Notes: generated by a model from the sequence alone, not told the origin. Shown: positions 21,236 to 31,481, counted from the stretch's first letter. The stretch: 64,000 nucleotides of DNA from a virus (IMGVR_UViG_3300017917_000405:30729-94728); one strand, 5' to 3'. Program-made: numbers and translations.

Positions 21236-23161
21236 TTAGACAGAGACTATATCACAAGATCCAGCAACACATGCAAGATCCTGAGTTCCAGTAGTTGTAT
21301 CTGATTGCTCATAGTATGAAAGCCATACCCAATCAATTGTTTCTGGAGTTCTTGTTATCAATTCGTTATATTCTGACTCTGTAATTTCTTGGTATGGTGC
21401 TTGCTGATATGTGTGATCTGAGTGTGGAAGAAATGAAATTCCAGAGATTTCGTCCATGTGCTTAAACACCCATGCACCAACATCCATCCATTCATCTTCA
21501 CGAACAGATACTGTAATTGAAGGCTTATGTTCTGCCCAATGTCTTTGATACATCAGCCAGAGTTCTAGATGCTTAATTGCGGTAAGGTCTGATCTTGTAA
21601 GCGCATTAGATGGAGCCTTGATTGGAAACGTAAATACTGTTGTGTCCATTGGCTTCATTACATCTGGTTCTGCAATTACTCCCATGTCTTTGAGCATTGT
21701 TGTAATTGGGTCTTTATTGTCTGCTCTAACTGTGCGAGCATAGAATTCGCTATGCCATGGGTGCATACCGCTTGCGCCATTAACAAGTTGTGAGACAGTA
21801 CCGGAAGGCTTTACACAGGTAATGGCAGTAGCCTGGTTAATACCAATTTTTGAAGCCCACGCCTTATTAATTTCAACTGATTTCTCGCGCATTGCTGTCA
21901 GCCATTCGATTAGTTTTTCTTCACCCTCAGATCCATTAAGAACTGGGTGGCTAAGTTGATTTGTTAGAGATACACCAAGCAATCTTTCTTCTTCTGAGTT
22001 CTTTTGCCAAATTTTTCTAAGGTACTTAAAACGAGTAAACGTTGACTGTACAGTTCCAAGAATTGTTGCTGTCTCTACCTTTTCTAGTAGTTCTTCTAAA
22101 GTATCTGTTTCACGAACTACAACCTCTGTAAGATTACAGAATTGGTATGGTCGCAAAATAATTTCACTACATGGGTTAGTTCCAAATTCATGCTCTGGAT
22201 CTCTTCTACCATTTTTCTTTGCAACATTCTTGGCAGCATCTCTAGAAAAAATACCGCGTTCGCCAGACTTTGAATCGTACAAAGCCTTCCACTCTGCCAT
22301 AAAAACTTCCATTGTTGGAGTTTGTTCGTATACTGCTGAGTTGTTTGCTAGAGCACGCTGACCGTTATATTCCCACCAAGAACCAGACTTTGCGGCTGCC
22401 ATATTTCGATCCTCTAGGTCGGACAGAGAAATCATTGCTGAGCGACGTACACCGCCCACAACAACAACTTCTGCAACCTTACACATAATGTCATGTGCTT
22501 CAAGTGGGGTGATCTTACGTCCTGCAGCGTTTCTAATAAGTTCTACTGAAAACTTAAACAGTCTATCCAATGGTTCTGGGCCAGACGCCCTTCCACCAAA
22601 TGTCTTAAGTCTTTCTCCTGCAGGTCGAACCTTGCTCATGTCCCATGTTGGAATTTGACCTTGCCATAGCAACGCCAAAAGTTCCTTAAATGCTCGTGCC
22701 CAGCCAGCCTTTGAGTCCTCTACAATAATTACGGTAGAAGTCTCCTCAAAGTGCTCGTCTACTCGTGGCAACTGATTTACATAACGTGATTCTACTGAAT
22801 ATCCAACACCTGTTCCACACATAAGAATATACATTGCTTCATCAAATGATCTTAGTGAATCAACTGGTAGGTATGAGCAATTAAAAATACAAGTGTTATC
22901 TCTTTCAAGTGCTGGCCCAGCGGTCATCAAAGCACGCATTGAAGGCATTACCTTTGTAGCAATAATATCTTCACGAATCTTTTCAATGACCTTCTTGTTC
23001 ATCTCAAAATTGCTGTGTTCTTTAAGAGCATTAAAGATGTAATCAACGTACCTATCCACAGTTTCATCCCAGTTTTCTCGGCGGTTTTCTTCTTCTATCC
23101 ACCTTGCGTAACGGGTCTTGTGAATTACCTGCTGATAAGCAGAAGGTAGTTGATATGTCAT
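21236..23161 (-). CDS. nrdJ: Class II (adenosylcobalamin-dependent) ribonucleotide reductase
   Basis: MPSMRALM, FNCSY, GGVRRSA, TNPCSEI, TCVKPSGTVSQL, C-terminal ACVAGSC; no small subunit nearby. Confidence 0.93.
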   Translation of the reverse strand: MTYQLPSAYQQVIHKTRYARWIEEENRRENWDETVDRYVDYIFNALKEHSNFEMNKKVIEKIREDIIATKVMPSMRALMTAGPALERDNTCIFNCSYLPVDSLRSFDEAMYILMCGTGVGYSVESRYVNQLPRVDEHFEETSTVIIVEDSKAGWARAFKELLALLWQGQIPTWDMSKVRPAGERLKTFGGRASGPEPLDRLFKFSVELIRNAAGRKITPLEAHDIMCKVAEVVVVGGVRRSAMISLSDLEDRNMAAAKSGSWWEYNGQRALANNSAVYEQTPTMEVFMAEWKALYDSKSGERGIFSRDAAKNVAKKNGRRDPEHEFGTNPCSEIILRPYQFCNLTEVVVRETDTLEELLEKVETATILGTVQSTFTRFKYLRKIWQKNSEEERLLGVSLTNQLSHPVLNGSEGEEKLIEWLTAMREKSVEINKAWASKIGINQATAITCVKPSGTVSQLVNGASGMHPWHSEFYARTVRADNKDPITTMLKDMGVIAEPDVMKPMDTTVFTFPIKAPSNALTRSDLTAIKHLELWLMYQRHWAEHKPSITVSVREDEWMDVGAWVFKHMDEISGISFLPHSDHTYQQAPYQEITESEYNELITRTPETIDWVWLSYYEQSDTTTGTQDLACVAGSCDIVSV

Positions 23162-23275
23162 ATAAATCTCTCCATAAATTTTATTTTTTATATCTGCCAT
23201 CAGCAGCGTATTTCTCTATTCTACGGCATGATCTATTTAGGAACAAGTTAGTCAGAGAGTGATAAACTTAACAAC

Positions 23276-23485
23276 ATGATAACGATACAAGAATTACATA
23301 AATATTATAAATTAGCAGATCAAGGATTAGTTAAAAAGTTTAATTGTCCATCAGATCATGATCATCCTGATCTTATTCCATCAGTAGATGAAAACGATAA
23401 TCCTATACTTTACTGTTTAGGATGTTCGTCAAGAATTACTTTAGGTGAAAACCTATCTTCTATTATTAAATATTTATTATATTAA
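23276..23485 (+). CDS. Small zinc-ribbon protein
   Basis: CPSDH...CLGC; -10-like TAAACT 7 nt before the ATG. Confidence 0.55.
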   Translation: MITIQELHKYYKLADQGLVKKFNCPSDHDHPDLIPSVDENDNPILYCLGCSSRITLGENLSSIIKYLLY

Positions 23486-23540
23486 ATAAATATATTATAT
23501 ATATTTATAATATTTATATTTTTTATATATATAAAAGAAA
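23460..23540. other. Extremely AT-rich tract between convergent genes
   Basis: About 80 bp almost entirely A/T. Confidence 0.8.
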
Positions 23541-23588
23541 GTGTAGCAGACGTTTTTATGATCACTCTCTAAAAACAACTTGTTGTTA

Positions 23589-24566
23589 CTAATTTGTTAT
23601 CTGATCGTAACGTTCAAGAAATTCTTTTTTCACTAGACTGAAGTGATCTCCAACTTTCTTTTTCCAATTCCATTGATTATGAACTTCTGATGCTCTATCA
23701 TAATAAACATCACACACATCTTGAGGACTATTATCAACAAAATTTTTCATTTTATTAACAACATCTTCATAGTCTGGCCTATACATCTTTCCAGGATGAA
23801 TGTCTTGCCACAGAGAATAGTCTAAGTAACTATTGATTCTATGCTCTGGTAGTAAAAAGTTTGAATAATCCATCCACTTAGTGGTTGATATAACAGGCAT
23901 CCCAGTAGCAAGAGCCTGTAGTGGAAGCAGACCAAACCCCTCGCCCCATGTTGGATAAATAAAACAATGAGCATTAGACATTAGTTTAGACATTTCTGGA
24001 TACATTAAATTTTCTGTAACAACTTTTACGTTTGGCTCGTTGTATGGAATAGCAGATCCACCATATGCCTTAATAATAAGTTCTACGTTTTTATTTCCAG
24101 CAAAGTTTTCCATAAATGCATTAAACGTGTCGTATAGATTTTTGCGATATGCAGGTGCTCCAAAATGAATAAATGTTATTTTGTCATCTACAGTTCTCTT
24201 TGCTGGTTGCCATACATCGTCTATTCCATGACCAAATACCTTAATTGGACCACTAAAATATTCTGTAAATACATCTTTACAAAATTGATTTGGAACCCAT
24301 AGTTCATCTATTTGTTCTAAATACTCATCCCACTTTGGCTTTAGCGACGTTGACTCCCAAGCGGTATATCCAATCTTGTAAGAGCGTTCTCCATAAAATT
24401 TATAAAACTGTGGATGAGCAAACGTTATTTCAATATCTGCTTTTCTATCTCTTACAACGGTATAGTCAAGTTTTGGTAGGGTGCTTAGAATTTTAAATGT
24501 TGCGTGTCCGTACCCAGTCATAACTGCTGAATCACAGTTATTCATGCTTATTTTCATGTTGTCCAA
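23589..24566 (-). CDS. Glycosyltransferase (GT-B/GT4-like)
   Basis: TGYG...YTAWEST...GEGFGLLPLQALATGMPVI motif. Confidence 0.88.
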   Translation of the reverse strand: MDNMKISMNNCDSAVMTGYGHATFKILSTLPKLDYTVVRDRKADIEITFAHPQFYKFYGERSYKIGYTAWESTSLKPKWDEYLEQIDELWVPNQFCKDVFTEYFSGPIKVFGHGIDDVWQPAKRTVDDKITFIHFGAPAYRKNLYDTFNAFMENFAGNKNVELIIKAYGGSAIPYNEPNVKVVTENLMYPEMSKLMSNAHCFIYPTWGEGFGLLPLQALATGMPVISTTKWMDYSNFLLPEHRINSYLDYSLWQDIHPGKMYRPDYEDVVNKMKNFVDNSPQDVCDVYYDRASEVHNQWNWKKKVGDHFSLVKKEFLERYDQITN

Positions 24567-24594
24567 TCTTTCTCACTATTCTACCTTAGAAATG

Positions 24595-24620
24595 AAAAAA
24601 GCCCCACATTATAGTGGGGC
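24595..24620 (-). terminator. Terminator after holin-like gene
   Basis: GCCCCAC-N6-GTGGGGC stem plus T-run on the minus strand. Confidence 0.75.
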
Positions 24621-24635
24621 AATTTTCAATAAGCA

Positions 24636-24857
24636 CTATGACTGCTTCTTTGATCCCTTTCCCCAACGATTATCAGATGGGTCAAGCGCTGTGATGATTA
24701 GTGGTAGTACAGAAGCAAGACCAGCAGCAAGCCAAGTCCTAAGTTCTGTAATATCTACTGAAAATACATCAGCGCCGTCTGCAAGGAATAGTCCAAGTAC
24801 AACTGAAATGAACACCTTGACATAGGACTTTACGATTTCTAGAATCTTGTTATCCAA
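24636..24857 (-). CDS. Holin-like membrane protein
   Basis: TTG start after AAGGAGGT; two hydrophobic segments and a LDPSDNRWGKG tail typical of actinophage holins. Confidence 0.65.
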   Translation of the reverse strand: MDNKILEIVKSYVKVFISVVLGLFLADGADVFSVDITELRTWLAAGLASVLPLIITALDPSDNRWGKGSKKQS

Positions 24858-24947
24858 GGTAAACCTCCTTCTGGAGAAATTATACCCACATTGACTTCTG
24901 CGAATATCCATGATAAGGTAGATAAGTTGCCGCCGCAAGGAGGAAAC

Positions 24948-25544
24948 ATGACGAAAACGAAACTGGTAGGAGGAATTATGGCAATGGGATTTGTTGCAGG
25001 TGCTGTAATGGGAGTTGCTGCTCCCAATTCCTCTCAACAGGCTTATGCTAAGTCTGTACCAACTGCGACGGATGGGCTAACAGAGCCTACCGCCACAAAT
25101 GTAGGACTTGTTCCTGCACAACAGGAGGCTACTGTAAAACGCCTACCAACTCTGCTGAGAGTTAATTCAGCAGATGACGAAAGAGGATTTGAAAAGAGTG
25201 CATATAAGGGGAAGTATTTTCACCGCGCCGATGAAACTCTACGTCGTTGCATTATCACAAGAGAGAGCCATGCGACCTATATGTTAAATGGCGGAGGGGC
25301 TTATCAATTCATGAGTTATGATAGATGGCCTATCTCACTTTCTTGGATGTTAAAGAAAGAAATACGCAAGCACTATGGAAAACGGCTTGCAAATAAGATG
25401 CAGAAAATACTTTCTCATCATGAAGTAAACGAATGGTCCCGTTATTGGCAGGACGCAGCATTCTATACGGTTCTTAATTACAAGGGCCGTCATTCTGGAA
25501 TCAAGCATTGGACTGCGACTGTTCCAGGGACAGACTGCTTTTAA
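24948..25544 (+). CDS. Secreted Rpf/lysozyme-like transglycosylase
   Basis: Signal peptide; CIITRES...GAYQF...W...QDAAF...GIKHW. Promoter TTGACT-N17-TAAGGT at 24891-24919; AAGGAGG RBS. Confidence 0.72.
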   Translation: MTKTKLVGGIMAMGFVAGAVMGVAAPNSSQQAYAKSVPTATDGLTEPTATNVGLVPAQQEATVKRLPTLLRVNSADDERGFEKSAYKGKYFHRADETLRRCIITRESHATYMLNGGGAYQFMSYDRWPISLSWMLKKEIRKHYGKRLANKMQKILSHHEVNEWSRYWQDAAFYTVLNYKGRHSGIKHWTATVPGTDCF

Positions 25545-25623
25545 GTAGTACAATGGTGGGGGTGGTATACCCAATTTATTAGGTGGCAACAACTACCCCC
25601 ACCACACTTATACTAGGAGAATT

Positions 25624-26307
25624 GTGAAAAAGGTTTTAGACCATGGATATGTTCGTCTTGTAAATAACATGGGCAGCGACTTGGACGTAGTAAATGCTGC
25701 TAGGGTTTCGTTTGATAAAGAAGTCGCAAAATTAGAAAACAAAGATGAAAGGCTCATTGAGTTTCTTGTACAACACAAGCATGATTCATGTCTACGACAT
25801 TGTGTAATGACTTTTGAAGTATATGCACCACTTATGGTCGCTAGACAATGGTATAAGCACGTTGTGGCTGCAAGCGCCCTTGACGACCAACTAGGATGGA
25901 ATGAATCTTCTCGTAGATATATTACTGAAAATGAAGAATTCTATGTGCCAGAAGCCTGGAGAAGCGTCCCCGAAAATAGAAAACAAGGCTCTGGAGATAA
26001 CCTAGACTTAAAGACCTCACAAGTACTTTCTGGAGCGTTAGCGCAGCATATAGATACCGCATACACACTTTACAAAAACGCGCTAGAAGTTGGTGTCGCA
26101 CCAGAACAAGCGCGATTGTTTTTGCCAGCATATGCGATGTATGTGCGCTGGCGTTGGACTGCATCCTTAAATGCTGTATTGCACTTTATTGCGTTACGCA
26201 ACGCGACGGAGGCACAGGCAGAGATCCAAGAATACTCCAAAGCCATAGAAACCATTACATACGACTATTATCCAATTACAAGCAAGTATTGGAATAAATA
26301 CCGATGA
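25624..26307 (+). CDS. thyX: FAD-dependent thymidylate synthase
   Basis: VNAARVSF...H...APLMVARQWYKH...NESSRRY...EQARLFLP...AQAEIQEY. Confidence 0.95.
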   Translation: MKKVLDHGYVRLVNNMGSDLDVVNAARVSFDKEVAKLENKDERLIEFLVQHKHDSCLRHCVMTFEVYAPLMVARQWYKHVVAASALDDQLGWNESSRRYITENEEFYVPEAWRSVPENRKQGSGDNLDLKTSQVLSGALAQHIDTAYTLYKNALEVGVAPEQARLFLPAYAMYVRWRWTASLNAVLHFIALRNATEAQAEIQEYSKAIETITYDYYPITSKYWNKYR

Positions 26308-26915
26308 GATATGAACACATTGCTGATCCACCGCTACTCATCGTGCATGACACCTTCACAGATGAAGAACTACGTCGCGTGTGGAAAGAACTAGACTTTC
26401 TTACAGAAGAAGACTATATGCTTCCACCAGAAAGAACTGGAACTGCTACAAATGAGGACGGAAGCCCCAGGAAAAATAACGCAGCAAGGTTTATAGACCC
26501 ATTCTATGCAGAAGGACTATATTCTCCAGTATGTTTATATACTGAAAAACTTATTGGATCTGATGTTCTAGAGCAATTAGAAAAGGTAAGCCCAACAAAC
26601 AAGTTTTTCTCAAAAATTAATCATAGGTCAGTACTGATAAGTTACTATCAGAATTCTGGATACTACCATCCACATGAAGATTCATGTTTTTATACAATAA
26701 CTACTTATCTATTCAAAGAGCCTAAAAGGTTTACTGGAGGAGATATTTCCATAGAATTTCGGGGCGCGAAAATAGAGATCCACATACACAACAATATGTC
26801 TATAATATTCCCATCCTTCTATCTACACGAAGTGTCTGAAATTAGGATGGAAGACAGACCATTCTCAGGTAATGGTAGATATTGTATTTCTCAATTTTTA
26901 GGAAGTAAGTCATGA
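26304..26915 (+). CDS. 2OG-Fe(II) oxygenase (prolyl hydroxylase-like)
   Basis: HED...FTGG...IFPSFYLHEV...R facial triad and 2OG-binding Arg. Confidence 0.88.
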   Translation: MRYEHIADPPLLIVHDTFTDEELRRVWKELDFLTEEDYMLPPERTGTATNEDGSPRKNNAARFIDPFYAEGLYSPVCLYTEKLIGSDVLEQLEKVSPTNKFFSKINHRSVLISYYQNSGYYHPHEDSCFYTITTYLFKEPKRFTGGDISIEFRGAKIEIHIHNNMSIIFPSFYLHEVSEIRMEDRPFSGNGRYCISQFLGSKS

Positions 26916-27097
26916 CCGAAGATACCGATCTTATTCTTTATATTATGCTAGGACGCATATATGATGTATTGATGATTATTGCTGATGAAATGGGAAGAGG
27001 TCAAGATGTACTTGAATTGCGTCAATTGCATGAGTCAGGAGAACTTATCTGTCCCCCGCCGTCTTTAAAACCTAGTCCTGATCCAAATGCCAATTAA
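26912..27097 (+). CDS. Hypothetical protein
   Basis: 61 aa, ATGA-coupled to the previous gene. Confidence 0.6.
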   Translation: MTEDTDLILYIMLGRIYDVLMIIADEMGRGQDVLELRQLHESGELICPPPSLKPSPDPNAN

Positions 27098-27374
27098 TAT
27101 GATCGTCTACTTTATTACGAATATCTTTAATATCTGATGATGCTTCTGCTATATCCTTAGCAAATTGTGATTGATTGTATTCAAGACGATTAATAGCATC
27201 TCTCATTGACCCACCGCCATTTGGATGTAGTTCTTTTTTGATATCGCAAAGTTCTTCTTTTACGTCTTTGAGTAACCATTTAGAAATAATAGTAACTACA
27301 GCAACAATTGCTATAACTGCACCCGCCATCTGGCCTAAAAATATAATTAAATCGTCAACTTGCGGAGTGTCCAT
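27072..27374 (-). CDS. Membrane protein with coiled-coil (DUF2746-like)
   Basis: One TM segment followed by ELHPNGGGSMRDAINRLE motif. Confidence 0.6.
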   Translation of the reverse strand: MDTPQVDDLIIFLGQMAGAVIAIVAVVTIISKWLLKDVKEELCDIKKELHPNGGGSMRDAINRLEYNQSQFAKDIAEASSDIKDIRNKVDDHINWHLDQD

Positions 27375-27459
27375 ACATTCATAGTTCCTATTTAGTTTTT
27401 TACAGGCCAGCCTGTAAATTAATTTTATCACGAAAAGATTACGATGATATACTTTGCAT

Positions 27460-27612
27460 ATGGAAACAACAGTAACTTGTAAACTATGTGGAACAGAACT
27501 TAACATTACACTAGGTACATCAGAATCAATGAATATAGATGGAACAATGATTACAACAATTATTAGTGCAATGGGTTCAGCAATTCACGATTGCCCCGCG
27601 CTTTCTGCGTAA
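27460..27612 (+). CDS. Small Cys-containing protein (50 aa, not in ORF track)
   Basis: METTVTCKLCG...HDCPALSA; TGATATACT-N6-ATG leaderless promoter. Confidence 0.5.
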   Translation: METTVTCKLCGTELNITLGTSESMNIDGTMITTIISAMGSAIHDCPALSA

Positions 27613-27670
27613 CATTTTGTTATAAAATTTCGTTATAAATTTGTTATATATTGTTATCATTTTGTTATAG
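27609..27670. repeat. Five GTTAT direct repeats at 10-13 bp spacing
   Basis: GTTAT at 27619, 27632, 27643, 27653, 27664. Confidence 0.75.
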
Positions 27671-27891
27671 TTCAAATTGAGAAAAATGTTAATAATATTT
27701 TATTTTGTATGATGTTGATATTTGTGTCCAAAATGTCCGTTTTGAGTAGTGCGCCCATAAATGTTCCTTACGACCCCTATGTCCGTTTTGTGAGTTTTGT
27801 CATGGCGAATGGAATGCAGGCCCGTAGAATGGCGAAAGGACGGGAGGGTAGTTTCCTACCCCGCCGCCCTCTCGTGCCGCCTAGCGTCCCG

Positions 27892-28317
27892 CTAGATATC
27901 CTCGCCGCAGGTGTGGCAGTAGATCGCTGCCACTTGCTGGTCCCCGTTGTGATCTTCCTCCATGATCGCGCTGGTGAAATGATCTAGGTGTAGTGCCTTC
28001 CGTAGCCCGCGTGCCCATTCTGCGAACTCCATACCCTTGCGCTGCGCGTCGTGGGTCCATGCACCGTGGCAGGTGGCGCATAGCACCTGGCACTTAGACA
28101 GTTCCGCAAGCAGAGTGCGCGTGGAGTATCGGCGCACCATGTTCGCAGGGTGAACTACCTCGCCAGAGGCGTTGCGGTATTTGTTCGATGGATCTAGGTG
28201 GTCGAGCACTAGGCCCGCCGCGCTCGTGCGATATCCGCAGACTGTGCAACCGTGGGACAGTTTGTGCGCGTCAACTATGGCGCGATTGCGCTCCTGTGCC
28301 TGTCGTGAGATAGCCAT
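27892..28317 (-). CDS. HNH endonuclease
   Basis: CTVCG...LDHLDP...KCQVLCATCH. Likely start MAISRQ at 28317 (TGATG coupling). Confidence 0.8.
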   Translation of the reverse strand: MAISRQAQERNRAIVDAHKLSHGCTVCGYRTSAAGLVLDHLDPSNKYRNASGEVVHPANMVRRYSTRTLLAELSKCQVLCATCHGAWTHDAQRKGMEFAEWARGLRKALHLDHFTSAIMEEDHNGDQQVAAIYCHTCGEDI

Positions 28318-28469
28318 CACGCACACTCCTCGCACCCGTAGGCCTGCAGGCAGTATTGGCACGCGCTGGCCTCGCAAGCCTCGCATGAGGCAAGCGGCGT
28401 CACGTTGTCGCACATATCGCAGGCGAACAGGTCGAAGTCCGAAAGGGAAAGGTGTTCTAGTTCTTGCAT
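28317..28469 (-). CDS. 50-aa protein with four CxxC pairs (not in ORF track)
   Basis: MQELEHLSLSDFDLFACDMCDNVTPLASCEACEASACQYCLQAYGCEECA; GGAGG RBS. Confidence 0.65.
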   Translation of the reverse strand: MQELEHLSLSDFDLFACDMCDNVTPLASCEACEASACQYCLQAYGCEECA

Positions 28470-28728
28470 GACTGCCTCCAAGCGTTGTGAGGGGCAACGT
28501 CACAGACTGCACAACGCCGTCCCTCCTCCATAAAAATGATGTTGTGACTAGCGGCGTTAGCCTCTCGCACACTCGGCTCCATCGCGTTGACCGCGTGGCC
28601 TAGTTCGACCATCGTGTCCATTGTCCTTGCCTTTCGTGAGGTGTTTGTTCCCATGCCTTGATCCAAGCACCTTTCGATCATGTTGTCACGCCCAAACGGG
28701 AGCTTTTTTATCTTTTTTTTCAGAATGT

Positions 28729-28772
28729 TTATCCACAACCTTATCCACAGATTGTGCATAACCTGTGGAAAA
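28729..28772. promoter_or_regulatory. Cluster of four DnaA boxes
   Basis: TTATCCACA at 28729 and 28741; inverted TGTGCATAA at 28753 and TGTGGAAAA at 28764. Confidence 0.75.
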
Positions 28773-28785
28773 CCTGCAGTATCCC

Positions 28786-28884
28786 AAATGTCCGATTTGT
28801 CCATTGTGTCCGATTTGTCTCAAATGTCCGTTTTGCCCTAGTTTGTCCTAGAATGTCCGAATTGCCCTAGATTGTCCGATTTTG
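28786..28884. repeat. Iteron-like 9-10 bp tandem repeats (consensus WWWTGTCCG)
   Basis: About ten degenerate units, e.g. aaatgtccg-atttgtcca-ttgtgtccg-atttgtctc-aaatgtccg. Dispersed copies near 27733, 27780, 29764, 30871 (inverted) and 30992. Confidence 0.8.
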
Positions 28885-29059
28885 TTGTTTTTGTAACCTA
28901 TTTACGAAAAGCCCGAAATATCACGAAAGTTCCTGGTGCTTTTGATCTAATTACGATAGGGGAAAATATCACGGAAAGTTTATCGTTTTGTTATCAAATA
29001 GGCTTGACTTTCATGGTTATGTATGGTTAGATATTAGTAATACAAAGAAAGGTAAGGAA

Positions 29060-30837
29060 ATGCCAAAGGAATTCAAGATCGCCATCGTTCCCGCCGTTGC
29101 ATTGTTCGCGCTTTGCACCTACATCTGTATGTCAGCCCTGCGTGCTATCTTTGCTTTCTAGGAGGAAATCATGATGCACATCTACTACTTAGGCCGCTAC
29201 AAGAACAGCGAGCAAGACTACGACCGCGCTAGTGCGTGGGTAGCCAATGAGGTTGCGTCTAGTGGCGCGTCCTTTGCAGACTTTGAGATTGTGGAGGCAT
29301 AATGAAACTCACTCATCGTGGCGAGGTTGCGATTGTCCTTGCTTTCATCGCTGGTTTTGCCTTTCTCTGTCATGTCTTTGGCGAGGGGGGATTCTAAATG
29401 ATGTACCATATCGTTCACCCATTAGCACATGGCGTTAGTGTCATCACTAAGAAAGAAGTGCCCATTGCTATGGCTACCGCAGATACTTGCGAGATTGCAT
29501 TCTTTGACCAAGATGGTGAATGGGTTACTGATATCGTTTCAGAGTTTGTAGAGTATGCAGATAGCGTAGAAGGTGGCACGCTTGTCTATGGCTATGTGCC
29601 AAATGAAGATGTCGAAAACTTTTTAGAAAAATATTCGTAATAGACTTGACAAACCCATTGATTTGGGTCCGGCCCCGAAATGTCCTATTTACGAAGTATG
29701 TACTTTTTCACAGAAAATATAACAGGTTTATAACAATATTGTTTATCATTTCGTTATAAATCAATGTCCGTTTTGTCATATCTACTCGTCAGTAAATGTC
29801 AGACCCCTCTGATAGTTTGTTTCTAGTAGAAAGGATTCACTTATGTTCATGTACATCATCTCCCTTGATTGTTCCCCCTGGAATGTCCCCGTCGTCTGCG
29901 ATGAAATGTCAGACCCCTCGGATAGACTTCACCCATCAATGATGAATCACATTGTCGATATCGAAACGATTGGATTGGTAGCATGAGTACCCCCACCCTT
30001 CACCTTGCTGTCTGCCCGCGCTGTGCAGAAAACTTCCTCTCAACCTTTGAGGCAATCGACGATTGGGAAGATGTTTGCGAGAAGTGCTACGAGGACTTCC
30101 TGCTTGACCTCTACCCCGACCTTGACTGGCAAGCCGAATACCACCACCTTTAGGAGAAACATGACTTACACATTCACTACCCCATTCCTCCGCATTGATT
30201 GGCAGGAGGGTTCTCATACTGCTAACGTCACCACCGTTCGTGGAGATATGGACGTTTTCACGTTCGCATGGCACAAAGACTATCCCGATGTTGTGGACTT
30301 CACCGAAGCCCTTGCATCATGGGTCAACTACTCGCTCACCGTGGAGGACGCTAATGTCTAACTATCTTGACTACCTTCCCGAAGATGGCAACTTCACCGA
30401 AGATGAACTTTGGGACGCGATTGCAGAATCATTAGACGTTGATCCAGATGAGATCAGCGATGGAGATTTGGTGGACTACCTGTGAGCGATTACTTTATCT
30501 ATCACCCAGGATCAGGAACAATGATCGCATTGTCAGATACTGTCTATGTCATTGACGCAACCTCTTTGACTGAACTAGAACTAGATGAATCAGAGGCAGG
30601 AGTGTTAGATATCTATCGCGTGATGGATATTGGTGTTCGCCTTGATAATGAATATTGGGACGAAGTACAAGATGCAATGGAGGCAATGTAATGAAAACTA
30701 ATAGAGAACTCAATCCAACAGAGTTTGAGATTGCATTCCAACTAAAGAATGCGTTAAACGAGTTGAGAAACTATCAAGATATTCCCGCTGCTATTGAGCA
30801 TATCGAATCAGCACTTACAAATCTGTATGAGTGGTGA
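29060..30837 (+). CDS. Run of tiny, mostly acidic early-type ORFs (e.g. 29060-29161, 29171-29302, 29398-29640, ~30161-30361, ~30354-30485, 30482-30691, ~30691-30837)
   Basis: Strong RBSs, coupled start/stop codons, D/E-rich; functions not recognisable. Confidence 0.6.
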
Positions 30838-31072
30838 CTTGACAAACTGAGATCTCGGGGCCGGACGGAACAAATCGGACATTTACGACAACCTAAAAAA
30901 GTCACGGAAATGTAACAATTTTTATTTTTATCGGCGTGTCAACTTGACAGACATATCGGACATATCTCCGTTATCAAACCGTAATAAAACCTGTCCGTTT
31001 TGTATGTTTTTAGAATTAGGTAATGTCAGACCCCTAGTGTAGAGTGAGGGTACTAGTTAGAAAGGCTACAAA

Positions 31073-31342
31073 ATGATTCACGGTATTTACACTCCAATTT
31101 CAATGACTGCCGCCGATATTATTGGCGAGGAAACTATCATGGGAAGTGGCGGTGCGCCTGTCGTTATCCGTCGCGTGTCTAATGATTCTAAGACTGTCAC
31201 TTTCATGGACGTGTACCGTGGAAAATTGTTCCGATTCCGCAAAGATCAAGCGGTCACAGTCCTTATCCGAGAGGACGAAAATGACCCTATCGTGCAAGCG
31301 GAATTGGCTTGTGCATTAGCAGATAAGGGGGTACAATTCTAA
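31073..31342 (+). CDS. Hypothetical protein
   Basis: AGAAAGG RBS downstream of the promoter at 31024. Confidence 0.65.
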   Translation: MIHGIYTPISMTAADIIGEETIMGSGGAPVVIRRVSNDSKTVTFMDVYRGKLFRFRKDQAVTVLIREDENDPIVQAELACALADKGVQF

Positions 31343-31343
31343 T

Positions 31344-31481
31344 ATGATAAAGAATCGTAAGCGTACCCGTGAGGAAATTACCCGCGTGCAGGAATTGCGT
31401 CGTAGTAATGCTGCCATGCCTCACAAGAACAAGTCACGTTACACCCGCAAGGTGAAGCATAAGGGGCAAGCGTATGCTTGA
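31344..31481 (+). CDS. Small basic peptide (45 aa)
   Basis: MIKNRKRTREEITRVQELRRSNAAMPHKNKSRYTRKVKHKGQAYA. Confidence 0.6.
   Translation: MIKNRKRTREEITRVQELRRSNAAMPHKNKSRYTRKVKHKGQAYA

Noticed and set aside
21236-23161. Intein or intron in nrdJ
   Set aside because: Length (~640 aa) and continuous motifs leave no room for an insertion
24858-24947. c-di-AMP (ydaO) riboswitch ahead of the Rpf-like gene
   Set aside because: The predicted 5' UTR is only about 25 nt, too short for the aptamer
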